DNA of 64,000 nucleotides. Source: a virus. The notes under the pieces are model-generated. The model was not told the DNA's origin and did not search any database. It saw nothing but the letters and a program-made list of their open reading frames with translations. Of this stretch, positions 55,860-64,000 are shown piece after piece. The stretch lies in the IMG/VR virus record IMGVR_UViG_3300037264_007739, positions 9,098 through 73,097 of that record; one strand, given 5' to 3'. Each line of letters begins with the position of its first letter. Positions within the stretch are counted from its first letter, which is position 1. The translations under genes and the position numbers were made by a program.

Positions 55860-56496
55860 TGGCTCTCTTCTCCTGCATCGCTGCGTAGAGCTTCTCGGTG
55901 TCAGCACCGTAGTTCATCAGGAACGTCGCCTCCTTCGCGTCGGCGCGCATGCGCTTCGCGAGGCGGTTCTCCTCGCGCCATAGGCGACCAAGCGTGGCGA
56001 GCGCGTCCCGCTCCGTTGTCGACCGACGCGCCTTCTTGAACTGCTCGATCGTCGTGTCCGGCGGCGCGAACACCGCCCACGTCGGGCCGTACCATCGGCC
56101 GCGGTTCCGCGTCGTGGTGTCGTCCTCTGGCTTGTTCGTCGGCGCGATGTGCTTGAGCCGGATGCCGGCCTTGAGGAGCTGCCCGAAGCGAACGGTGTTC
56201 GGCTGGATCTCGGAGAAGTTCGCCGGAATGCCCTTCGATTGCTTTCGTCTCTTCGCCGATTCCTTCTTCTCGACTGGGTACTCCGCGTCGAGCGCCGACC
56301 GCACGCTGCGCAGCGCCTCGAGCACGTTACGTCGCGCGTTTCTTCGAGCGACCCTTCCCTGCTCGTCCTTTAGCTTTTTGGTCTCGCGTTCGAGATGACT
56401 GATCGACTTCTTCAGCTTCCCCGTAGGCGACCGTCGACGCCGTGCTGTCTCCGTTTCGTTCTTGCTTCCACTTTCGTCCGTCGTCATCCTTCTCAA
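55852..56496 (-). CDS. PxWA-family paralog 3 with basic N-terminus
   Basis: 'LKAGI...YGPTWA...FKKARRS...LATLGRL'. Confidence 0.55.
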   Translation of the reverse strand: MRRMTTDESGSKNETETARRRRSPTGKLKKSISHLERETKKLKDEQGRVARRNARRNVLEALRSVRSALDAEYPVEKKESAKRRKQSKGIPANFSEIQPNTVRFGQLLKAGIRLKHIAPTNKPEDDTTTRNRGRWYGPTWAVFAPPDTTIEQFKKARRSTTERDALATLGRLWREENRLAKRMRADAKEATFLMNYGADTEKLYAAMQEKRANA

Positions 56497-56559
56497 CCCC
56501 CATTTTTAGTGGGTGGATGTCTGGCTCTCCAAACATCCGCCCACTAACTACGATTTAAT

Positions 56560-57045
56560 TTAGCAAGGGTAGCAGCCGTTAGGATCCCAAGGATCGCAGG
56601 GGCACTCTTCGCCCGGGTCGCAGATGCCGTCGCCGCAGATGTAGCACGGCGCGCAGTCTGGGCTGCATGTGTCGCAGCTTTCGTTGATCGCGGTATCGCA
56701 GATCGTGTCCCCGCACATGCTCCAGCAGTCGGCCGGGCAGTTCACGAAATTCTCGGCGATCTGACACAAGCCGTTTCCGCAGACCGGTGCGGGGCACGCT
56801 CCGCAGTCCGCCGAGCACGACGAGCAAGACTCAGAGCCGTTACAGCTCCCGTCTCCGCAGTACGGGCACGCCCCGCAATCCTTCGAGCACGTGGCACAGC
56901 TCTCCGTGCCGTTACAGATACGATCTCCACAACGGGTTTTCAGTTCAGAGTCCGAGACCGAGACCGGATCACGGGTCTCGTATTCCGTGTTCGTGCATGC
57001 GAGCGTTGACAGAATGACGGTTAAAGCTACGAAAGTTAGGCGCAT
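56560..57045 (-). CDS. Lipoprotein with myxobacterial-type Cys-rich repeats
   Basis: Signal ending 'LAC'; about five CG(D/N)xxC...E.C..C..DC repeats; GGGAGG RBS. Confidence 0.8.
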   Translation of the reverse strand: MRLTFVALTVILSTLACTNTEYETRDPVSVSDSELKTRCGDRICNGTESCATCSKDCGACPYCGDGSCNGSESCSSCSADCGACPAPVCGNGLCQIAENFVNCPADCWSMCGDTICDTAINESCDTCSPDCAPCYICGDGICDPGEECPCDPWDPNGCYPC

Positions 57046-57102
57046 TGGTCCTCCCTTTGGTGTTGATCTTCTTCGATCGCGTTTGATGTTTCTTCCCTCT
57101 CT

Positions 57103-57567
57103 TCATGCAGGCTTGCTCACTTCCAAGCCGGTGAACTCGGTGATCGCCGACTCGTAGTTGTGGTCCGGAGCCAGGCGCAGGAGCGTGACGAGGGCCTTCA
57201 CCGCCTCGTCGCCGCCCTTCACACAAAGTTTCATCGCACGCACCGCCACGTGATCGTTCTTGGAGTACGCCACGACCGCAGCGGCCCACGTCGGCGCGTG
57301 CTTCGCGAACGTTACATCTACGCCGTCGCCTCTGAGCCGGGCCAATGACGGCAACTCGAATACAGGCACACCGGCCTTCGCAAAGAGCCCGACTCGATCC
57401 AAGACTGGGTGCTTGAGCACGGCGAGATCTGGATAACGAACTTCAACAGGCTTCTTCTCGGCCTCGAGCACCTTCCGCATGGCCGGGCATGTTTGCAGAT
57501 GCGCCGCCCACGCCGACTGCGCAAGCAGCGTGCCGCAATTGCAAAACTGCCTGAACCCGATGTTCAT
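57103..57567 (-). CDS. PxWA-family paralog 4 with N-terminal Zn-finger-like motif
   Basis: 'CNCG......W..H...C'; 'AKAGV...HAPTWA...AMK...LVTLLRL'. Confidence 0.55.
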   Translation of the reverse strand: MNIGFRQFCNCGTLLAQSAWAAHLQTCPAMRKVLEAEKKPVEVRYPDLAVLKHPVLDRVGLFAKAGVPVFELPSLARLRGDGVDVTFAKHAPTWAAAVVAYSKNDHVAVRAMKLCVKGGDEAVKALVTLLRLAPDHNYESAITEFTGLEVSKPA

Positions 57568-57597
57568 CGCTTCTCCTCTTCGACCACCTCCCGAGCA

Positions 57598-57861
57598 TCA
57601 GGCACGCAGCCGGCGCCCGGTGCGGAGCTTGCTCTTCGTGTCGGGCGCCTCGCCGTACTTCTTCTCGAGCTCGCGCATTACGAGCTCGACGCCGCGCACG
57701 ACAACACCTGTCAGCGTGATGCTGGGGTCTTGCCGCTGCGCGTGGATGACGGCGCACTTCAGCCGGTGAAGCACGTCCGTCGGCAGCCGCAGCGCCGTCT
57801 TCATCGTCTTCACGCCGCCGTTTGTTTCTTCATTATTCGTCATGTCTTCCATAGCTATCAT
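57598..57861 (-). CDS. RHH-like small DNA-binding protein
   Basis: 'TALRLPTDVLHRLK...TLTGVV'. Confidence 0.45.
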   Translation of the reverse strand: MIAMEDMTNNEETNGGVKTMKTALRLPTDVLHRLKCAVIHAQRQDPSITLTGVVVRGVELVMRELEKKYGEAPDTKSKLRTGRRLRA

Positions 57862-58175
57862 GTCTCCCTTCGTCCGTCGATAATCAACCCGATGAGCGTC
57901 GCCGCCTCCGGTGAGAGTCCCTTCAAATACCGAAGCCCGCGCGCCCTCATGTCGGGGTGAAACGTCAGACCATCGGGCTTCTGCAAGACGGTGATGACGT
58001 TCAAGAGCCCGAGCACGAGATCCCACATCCACCTCGCATCACCAATGAACTCACCGTCCCGGAACTCGATCGTGATCGTGTGCTTCATCGGCTCGGTATG
58101 GGCGTACTCCTTGATGCCCCCGCCGAGCTCGAATACCGGATCGACCCTTTGCTCTGTCGTGTGCTCAGTTTTCAT
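57858..58175 (-). CDS. Hypothetical protein
   Basis: ATGA-coupled ORF. Confidence 0.45.
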   Translation of the reverse strand: MKTEHTTEQRVDPVFELGGGIKEYAHTEPMKHTITIEFRDGEFIGDARWMWDLVLGLLNVITVLQKPDGLTFHPDMRARGLRYLKGLSPEAATLIGLIIDGRRET

Positions 58176-58759
58176 GGCAAGAACTCCGTCACGATGACCT
58201 CGGCGCGCATGTCCGCACGAGCTTCGTGTATGTCCGCGCGTGCCTCGAGCGCTGCTTCTGCGCGCAACGGATCGATGTCGAGCGTGCACCCTGGATCGAT
58301 GACGAGGTAATGCGTCGATGGCCAAACCGGTGAGGATACGAAGACGCGCCCTGGCCCTTCGTTCAGGATCATGAGCCCGCGCCGACCTGGCGACGTGCGC
58401 GCGATTGGTGTGTCTACCGGGCCAACCGTGATGCGCCGCATCCGTCCGCTTCCCGGAACGTCACCGAGCGGATCGCTCTCGCCGATGCACCCGACTAGGC
58501 CGAGCACCATCTTCAGCTTCTCGGCATCGCCGACGATCGCACGCAGGAACTCGTCCCCTGCGTAGCCGGGCATCTTCGAGCCCCAGATCAAGAGCGCGAG
58601 TCCCAGTCTTGTCGCGAGCTCCGACGCGCTCTTCCCGGGCTGGTCGCTGACGACGAGCTCGATCTTCCACCTCGAGCGGCCGTGCTCCTGCGCCGACCGC
58701 TCGTTGGTGACGCTGACCATGCCTGCGCCCATCTTCCCGTCTCCCATTCCGTTCCCCAT
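58172..58759 (-). CDS. Hypothetical protein
   Basis: Coupled ORF with beta-rich C-terminus. Confidence 0.5.
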   Translation of the reverse strand: MGNGMGDGKMGAGMVSVTNERSAQEHGRSRWKIELVVSDQPGKSASELATRLGLALLIWGSKMPGYAGDEFLRAIVGDAEKLKMVLGLVGCIGESDPLGDVPGSGRMRRITVGPVDTPIARTSPGRRGLMILNEGPGRVFVSSPVWPSTHYLVIDPGCTLDIDPLRAEAALEARADIHEARADMRAEVIVTEFLP

Positions 58760-60216
58760 CAGGCGTCGTCGGTGATGTTGATCGCCTCGCCCCACGAGGC
58801 GGGCGGACGATCACCGCTCCCAGTAAGGATCCAGATCCACGAGATGCCCGGAGGCGGCTCCGAGGGCACACCGCCTGCGTCGCCGTCGGTCACGAAGAGC
58901 ACGACGTTCGGCGCACGCTTCTTCGACGCGAGCCGCTCGAAGTACGGCGTGAACACCGTCCCGCCGCCACCGCGCAGGTTCTCGCGGATTTCGTTCCAGT
59001 GCTTCACCTTCTTGTCGACGTGAATGTCCGCGTCGATCGCCACGTACGAGACCTCAGCTCCGACGGCGCGCATCACGCCGGCGAGCTCTGGCATCGCGTT
59101 GTCGAAGTCCTCTTCGCCCATGGACCCCGACGTATCGATGACGATCTCGACCTCGGGCACCGGCGCCTTGAACTTCGGCATGATCGGACGGCCAGGTCCG
59201 TAGCCGACGCCGGCCTGTCGGCGTGAGACGTCGTTGTACTTCAGGTCGCACGCGCCCATTCGGTAGCGCACGGCCTGGCGCGCCATCCGAGCGAGCTTCT
59301 GCTGCCACGGAATGCGCGGCGCCTCGAGCACCTCGCCCGCCCAACGCTGCCAGCCACCCGGCACGTTGCCGCGCCCCGCAGCCGCCGCCTTGATGATCGC
59401 TTCGGCTACGTGCCGACGAGCGCGGTCGATCTCGGACGTCGTGCGACCCGGGTAGCCTTGGTTGCCGTTGTTCACCTGCGACGGGTCGCGCCCCGCCGCG
59501 TCGTCCTGCGACGGCTCGTTCGGGACGGCGTGACCGCCCCCGCTGCCACACCAGCCTCGACCACAGGATGGCGCGTCGTCATCGCCGTCCCCTTGGCCCT
59601 GGCCCTGGCCTTGTCCCTGGCCCTTCGCTCCCTTGCCCTGTCCCTTCGTCGGCATGCCGCCACAGCGGAACTTGAGCTTGCCGCCGCTCTTCTCGGCCAT
59701 CTTGATGAGCGCGAAGTAATACTCCTCGTGCATCAAACCGTCGGGCAGACCGAATTGCTTGGCGTGTGCACCAGGAACGGGCGCCGTGATGATCGGAAGG
59801 CCAGCCGCTTCGATGTCCGGATTGATCGCGATGTCCGACGCGATGTTCGAGATCTTGAACTGCTCGTCGGTGCAGCATCCAAGTCGAACCGTCCGGCCGT
59901 GGGTGTCCCGCAGAATATGCGAGATCTCGTGCGCCAAGTCCGCAGCCATCGCCTCGACCGACTGCTGAACGACGTACTCGAGGTCCACGAGCAGGATCAT
60001 CGTCTCGGTCACCGCGACCGTTCCGAGACCGCGTGCCTCCACTGGAGCGAGCATGAGCACCGCCGAATCGAGATACGGCATGTGCTCCCGAAGGTGACGA
60101 CGCGCCGCAGCGATGATCTGCCATCCGCTGAGACCGTTTATATTGCGTGGTTCTTCGCGTGGTTCTTCCAATGGAGTGTTTGCACCCGTGATTGCTAGCC
60201 CTAGTCCAATGTTCAT
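58759..60216 (-). CDS. DUF2201-type metallopeptidase-like plus VWA-domain protein
   Basis: 'HEISH', 'N.A.D.AIN', 'IPWQ', MIDAS 'DTSGSM', 'GGGGT', 'TDG'. Confidence 0.88.
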   Translation of the reverse strand: MNIGLGLAITGANTPLEEPREEPRNINGLSGWQIIAAARRHLREHMPYLDSAVLMLAPVEARGLGTVAVTETMILLVDLEYVVQQSVEAMAADLAHEISHILRDTHGRTVRLGCCTDEQFKISNIASDIAINPDIEAAGLPIITAPVPGAHAKQFGLPDGLMHEEYYFALIKMAEKSGGKLKFRCGGMPTKGQGKGAKGQGQGQGQGQGDGDDDAPSCGRGWCGSGGGHAVPNEPSQDDAAGRDPSQVNNGNQGYPGRTTSEIDRARRHVAEAIIKAAAAGRGNVPGGWQRWAGEVLEAPRIPWQQKLARMARQAVRYRMGACDLKYNDVSRRQAGVGYGPGRPIMPKFKAPVPEVEIVIDTSGSMGEEDFDNAMPELAGVMRAVGAEVSYVAIDADIHVDKKVKHWNEIRENLRGGGGTVFTPYFERLASKKRAPNVVLFVTDGDAGGVPSEPPPGISWIWILTGSGDRPPASWGEAINITDDA

Positions 60217-60704
60217 CTTCGTGCCTCCTGTCTCTTCTTCTCGGCTTTCTCATCGTTTCGGATTTTGTTGCACGCGCGGCAGTATCTCTTGTTCGGCGCT
60301 GCTTTACACCGCATCAGATTGTCACCTGAGAGCGCATGACCTCTGCGACAGTGCGTCTGTCGGAACTGTCGCGCTGCTCTGTTTTCTCCTCGGAGTATGT
60401 TTTCGCGGATTGAGACCTCTTCGAGATGCGCTGGATTTACGCACGCTCTGTTCCGGCAGAGGTGATCGATCGAGAGGACAATCCGGCGCTGATGCGTGAC
60501 CTCAAAGGCGGCCCTATGTGCGTGGATGACATTGCCGAAAGGGCCCATGATGCGGCCGTAGCCATCGGCTGTCTTCGCGCCCATCCATTGCCAACAATCT
60601 GCAACACCATCAACAACTGCGTGACTAAAGAGGCGCTGCTCGAATCCTTCGACTGACCAGACACCGGCAGCGCGCTCTGCTTCCGTTCTTGGACGCATCG
60701 CCAT
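60213..60704 (-). CDS. HNH homing endonuclease
   Basis: 'CWQW.G...GYG...AHR...IDHLCRNRACVNPAHLE.V...EN', 'THC..GH'. Confidence 0.92.
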   Translation of the reverse strand: MAMRPRTEAERAAGVWSVEGFEQRLFSHAVVDGVADCWQWMGAKTADGYGRIMGPFGNVIHAHRAAFEVTHQRRIVLSIDHLCRNRACVNPAHLEEVSIRENILRGENRAARQFRQTHCRRGHALSGDNLMRCKAAPNKRYCRACNKIRNDEKAEKKRQEARR

Positions 60705-60707
60705 GGT

Positions 60708-61589
60708 TCATCCCTCCTTCTTCTTGTCGTACGTGAACCACGGTCCAACACGGAGCGCGGCTTCCTCTTCAGCGGTCAAGAACCGCGCTGCGCCACCAGC
60801 TCGATACACCGCTCTGTTCTGCATCGAGACCTGGAATCCAACCCCAGGAACGGCGCACGCGACGATGAGGCATTCGCCACCATCACGTGCAGGACCGAAT
60901 CCTATGACGTCGACGATGAAGCAGTCATCGACGATCGCGATGCCGCGTTTGTAGACGCGCCCGTACCATGACGGCCGAATCTGCGCCTCGACCCGGACCT
61001 GAACGTTGATCTGTCCGGTGGAGTAGTCCATGCCCTCGGGCCTTGCTTCGAGTCGAACCACAGGAACTACTGAAGACGGCGATGCTGGCTGCCATTGATT
61101 CGCGAGTGGCTTCACCGCCGACCAGACCGTCTTGCCACCAGCACGCACCAGGCGCTCCTCGAAGCCCCACCGCTCGAGTGTGGCCTCGGCTCGGCGCTTC
61201 ACGCCCTCCCATCGCGTTTTCTTCCTGGCCTCGGCGCGGTCCTCACGCTTTGCGCGCTCCACTCGCGTCCCGACTTTCTCAACCCATTCGGCGCCCCACT
61301 TCTCGAGCTTCTCGCCCACGCCGGGCGGCAGACGCTCGATGTCGAGATGATCGCGCACGCGCTCGCGGAGCTCCTTGGCCCCCTCGAGCCGCGCTCCTCG
61401 ACGACCGCGACGACGCGCGATCGGCTCGAACTCGTACGAATGCTTGCGCAAGCACGCCGCGACGGCGCGCATCCACGCCCACGCTGGCAGCTTGCCGGCG
61501 TCCACGCACTTGAGCGCGAGCAACGTCTCGATCGCTCTGCGTTCGTCCTTCGTCGATGAAGCCGTTCTCTCCTCCATCGCGATACTCAC
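60708..61589 (-). CDS. Hypothetical protein
   Basis: 293-aa ORF. Confidence 0.55.
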   Translation of the reverse strand: MSIAMEERTASSTKDERRAIETLLALKCVDAGKLPAWAWMRAVAACLRKHSYEFEPIARRRGRRGARLEGAKELRERVRDHLDIERLPPGVGEKLEKWGAEWVEKVGTRVERAKREDRAEARKKTRWEGVKRRAEATLERWGFEERLVRAGGKTVWSAVKPLANQWQPASPSSVVPVVRLEARPEGMDYSTGQINVQVRVEAQIRPSWYGRVYKRGIAIVDDCFIVDVIGFGPARDGGECLIVACAVPGVGFQVSMQNRAVYRAGGAARFLTAEEEAALRVGPWFTYDKKKEG

Positions 61590-62020
61590 CGCGCCACGAA
61601 CTCCCGCATCGACTGCGCGTACGCCGCGTCGTCGAGCGCGGTACGCAGCTCCACGGGCATGACCCCAACCGTCAACATCGCCGTGATCGCGTCTCCAATC
61701 ACGCGCTCGAACGTGAACGTGTAGTAGAGCTCCTTGAGCATCGGCAACACGTGCAGCCCCGACGCCGTTCGGTAGCTCTTGTCGTCACGCGCGGCGCGAA
61801 CGGCATAGTTCACGCAGATCTTCTTCGTCGACGAGATGTAGACCTCCGCGTTCCCCATCGGCACCAGCCACAGGATCCCGTCGTCCGTTCCCTCGGGCCA
61901 GCTCCCGCTCCAGTCCGCGATCGAATACTTCGTGGCCGCCGACGACGCGTTCATGTTCTCGAACACGCGATGATCGCCCTTCACCTTCGCGATTAGCTTC
62001 CACTTCGCCTTTCCGGTCAT
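61586..62020 (-). CDS. Hypothetical protein
   Basis: AGGAGG RBS then MTGKAKW. Confidence 0.55.
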   Translation of the reverse strand: MTGKAKWKLIAKVKGDHRVFENMNASSAATKYSIADWSGSWPEGTDDGILWLVPMGNAEVYISSTKKICVNYAVRAARDDKSYRTASGLHVLPMLKELYYTFTFERVIGDAITAMLTVGVMPVELRTALDDAAYAQSMREFVAR

Positions 62021-62028
62021 GTTTCCTC

Positions 62029-62481
62029 CTAGTAGGACTCGTGCCCGTCCACGCACGTGCACGTGTCGTTCTCGATCTTGGCGAGCGGCTTCCTGCAACG
62101 CCCGGTCGAGAGCGCCGCCGGACAATTCCAATCTGCTCCCGTACCCTGTCCCGACACGGCGTCACGTATGTACGCGCTGTCGCCCTCGATGCGCGATGAG
62201 GGCGACGCGCGTTCCTGCGCACGCGCCTCGTTCTCGATCTGCGCCACGCGCTGCGGCGAGAGCTCGCCGTACACGTGGACGTGCATCCCGTTGTAGGTGT
62301 CGTCGCAGCGCTCGATGAGCGCCGACACCAAGAACTGGAGCACGGCGCGGCTGTTGTCGCCGAGCGTGCGCCCCGGCAGCCCGTTCACCTCATCCAGGAA
62401 CGTCTGCATCTGATGCGCGCCGAACGCGAGCTTTTGCAGCCGCTCGACGCGCTCATGATCACGCTTCGTCGGTTTCTTCAT
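62029..62481 (-). CDS. Hypothetical protein with C-terminal Cys cluster
   Basis: ATGA-coupled ORF. Confidence 0.5.
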   Translation of the reverse strand: MKKPTKRDHERVERLQKLAFGAHQMQTFLDEVNGLPGRTLGDNSRAVLQFLVSALIERCDDTYNGMHVHVYGELSPQRVAQIENEARAQERASPSSRIEGDSAYIRDAVSGQGTGADWNCPAALSTGRCRKPLAKIENDTCTCVDGHESY

Positions 62482-62750
62482 GGCGCTTCATCTTTCTTCA
62501 GCGCCCGAGCGCGCGACGCCGAGAAATGCTCGAACCCGATCTTGACCGCCACCGTGCCCATCGGACCGAGCGCGGCGTTCACGATCTTGTGCCGGCGCAC
62601 GGTCTCCTCCTTCTCGTTTGGCGTGTTCGAGCCGTCTTCGTGCGCCGTGATCCAGGTGATCGCCTCCCAGACCAGCGGCGCGGCCTCTTCGATCAGCTCT
62701 CGCGCCCGAGCTGCATGGGCGACCGCTTCACTCTCGCTCTTCGCTGCCAT
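62478..62750 (-). CDS. Hypothetical protein
   Basis: AAGGAG RBS. Confidence 0.5.
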   Translation of the reverse strand: MAAKSESEAVAHAARARELIEEAAPLVWEAITWITAHEDGSNTPNEKEETVRRHKIVNAALGPMGTVAVKIGFEHFSASRARALKKDEAP

Positions 62751-62752
62751 AG

Positions 62753-63730
62753 CTACTCCTTGCCGCCGTCCTCGACAGCGAGCGACGCCACCGTGAGCCC
62801 TGCGCGCACGCGCTCGAGGCGCTCACGGATCGTGTCCAAGCGACAATCCAAGAGCTCCTCGTACGTCGAGAGCTTGCCTCCAAGTTTCGTGAGCGAGCGC
62901 AGCTTCGAGCCGATGGCGCGCTTGCCCATCGCTGGCGGCAGCGGTGATGTAGCGGTCGCGGTCCCTTCCTCGATCGCCGCTTGCTGAGCCAGCGCGTCGG
63001 CGTGGTCGTTCAGTGCTTCCTCCATGCCCTCGGCCGCGGACTCGGCCTCGCGGGTGATCGCATCGAGGATGGCCTCGATGGCCTCGTCCGACTTCATGGC
63101 GGGGATGAAGAACACGCGCGACCCGCTCGCGGCGTGCACCGCCCGCGACCACTTGCGGAACGACTCGAGCGTCTGCCGAGGCACGAAGTAGAAGCCGCCA
63201 CGGTCGCGCGGCGACACCGCGTCGTGCTGCTCGGCCAGCCGAACCAACCACGCCGAGATGTCAGTCGCTGCATACGACGCCTTGTGCCTCGTGTACGCGG
63301 CCCCGATCTCGGCCTCGAGCGGGTGCTCCGCAGGCTCGAACATGAGCCGGTTGTCCGCGTCTCGACGCACGACGATCTGAAGTGCGTACGACGCCGGCTT
63401 GCCGGAATCGTCGAGGTGCTCGTCGACGATCGCCCAGCCACCGCCTTCGACGGGCCGCACGAGCCGACGCTTCGCCCGCTGCTCGTCCACGGCGCGGTGC
63501 AGCGCCACCTCCGCCGAGGGCAGGTCGGGCAGCTTCCCGGCGTCGAGACCCGTTTGCGTCACGTGATGCTCGAGCGGCGCGGCCTCGGTCGACGCGCACC
63601 GAAAGTGACAGATCGCTCCGGCCTCGCGCGCCGCATCCGCATCGACCGCGATGAAGTCCGAGTCCTTGAGTGGATCCTTGATGCTCTGCATGGCCTGTCC
63701 GTTGTTGCTGTTCTGCACGATCGAAAGCAT
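62753..63730 (-). CDS. Conserved-looking phage protein (DUF6744-like)
   Basis: 'A.S.R..GGFYFVP' motif, C-terminal coiled coil. Confidence 0.5.
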   Translation of the reverse strand: MLSIVQNSNNGQAMQSIKDPLKDSDFIAVDADAAREAGAICHFRCASTEAAPLEHHVTQTGLDAGKLPDLPSAEVALHRAVDEQRAKRRLVRPVEGGGWAIVDEHLDDSGKPASYALQIVVRRDADNRLMFEPAEHPLEAEIGAAYTRHKASYAATDISAWLVRLAEQHDAVSPRDRGGFYFVPRQTLESFRKWSRAVHAASGSRVFFIPAMKSDEAIEAILDAITREAESAAEGMEEALNDHADALAQQAAIEEGTATATSPLPPAMGKRAIGSKLRSLTKLGGKLSTYEELLDCRLDTIRERLERVRAGLTVASLAVEDGGKE

Positions 63731-63784
63731 GGATGTCCCTTCTGCCATATGCTGGCATTTATGTCAAGTCAGTTTTGTCTTGTG

Positions 63785-64000
63785 TTACCCGTCGATAGAG
63801 CAGATCAGCTCATCACGACGGCGTTCAAGCGCGGCGATCTCAGCCATCACCTTGGCGAGCTCGGCGCCGAGCCCGTGGCGCGTCGGCCTGGTCGGCCTCG
63901 GCTTCGGTCCGATCGGCGTCGCGATCACCTGCGGGGGTCGCGAGCGCCCAGCCTTGACGACCTTCTTGGCCGCCGAGGCCACGCGTTTCTCGCCCGCAGG
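63785..64000 (-). CDS. Hypothetical protein, 3' part (may start outside the window)
   Basis: Basic segment ending in a short coiled coil. Confidence 0.4.
   Translation of the reverse strand, partial: PAGEKRVASAAKKVVKAGRSRPPQVIATPIGPKPRPTRPTRHGLGAELAKVMAEIAALERRRDELICSIDG

Noticed and set aside
59585-59645. GQGQGQ-encoding repeats
   Set aside because: Ordinary low-complexity linker of DUF2201 proteins
1-64000. Genome-wide stop-codon reassignment
   Set aside because: Long genes are intact in code 11 and many end in TGA or TAG with ATGA overlaps; only two isolated in-frame TGA cases

Overview
A 64-kb slice of a high-GC (about 64% by eye) tailed phage genome. The contractile-tail baseplate genes indicate a myovirus. 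The host is probably a myxobacterium, inferred from a myxobacterial-type Cys-rich lipoprotein and very frequent TCGA/CGATCG words. Layout: (+) 1-16.9 kb tape-measure end, baseplate/tail genes and a lysis-like membrane cassette; a promoter- and terminator-bounded, highly structured non-coding region at 16.9-17.2 kb; (-) 17.2-44.1 kb amidase, TerS-like gene, serine recombinase, nucleotide-metabolism genes, ParB, a DNA methylase fused to an SMC/Rad50-like ATPase, a UDG-PolA carrying an intein, SSB, AAA ATPase, Cas4-like nuclease and SNF2 helicase; (+) 44.2-50.0 kb DUF927 helicase, an AT-rich putative origin, UvrD and HTH/RHH regulators; (-) 50-64 kb many small genes, HNH endonucleases and a DUF2201/VWA protein. 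The strongest candidates for something new are (1) a stand-alone multi-domain ncRNA of about 290 nt between the lysis genes, (2) a dispersed odd-palindromic site, (T)ATG(A/T)CAT(A), seen at promoters, gene starts and inside ORFs, (3) a four-member paralog family with a PxWA motif, and (4) several intact but degenerate or fused enzymes plus gene scars (thyX, HNH, EF-Tu-III-like). All product calls come from motif recognition by eye; no database search or folding program was run.
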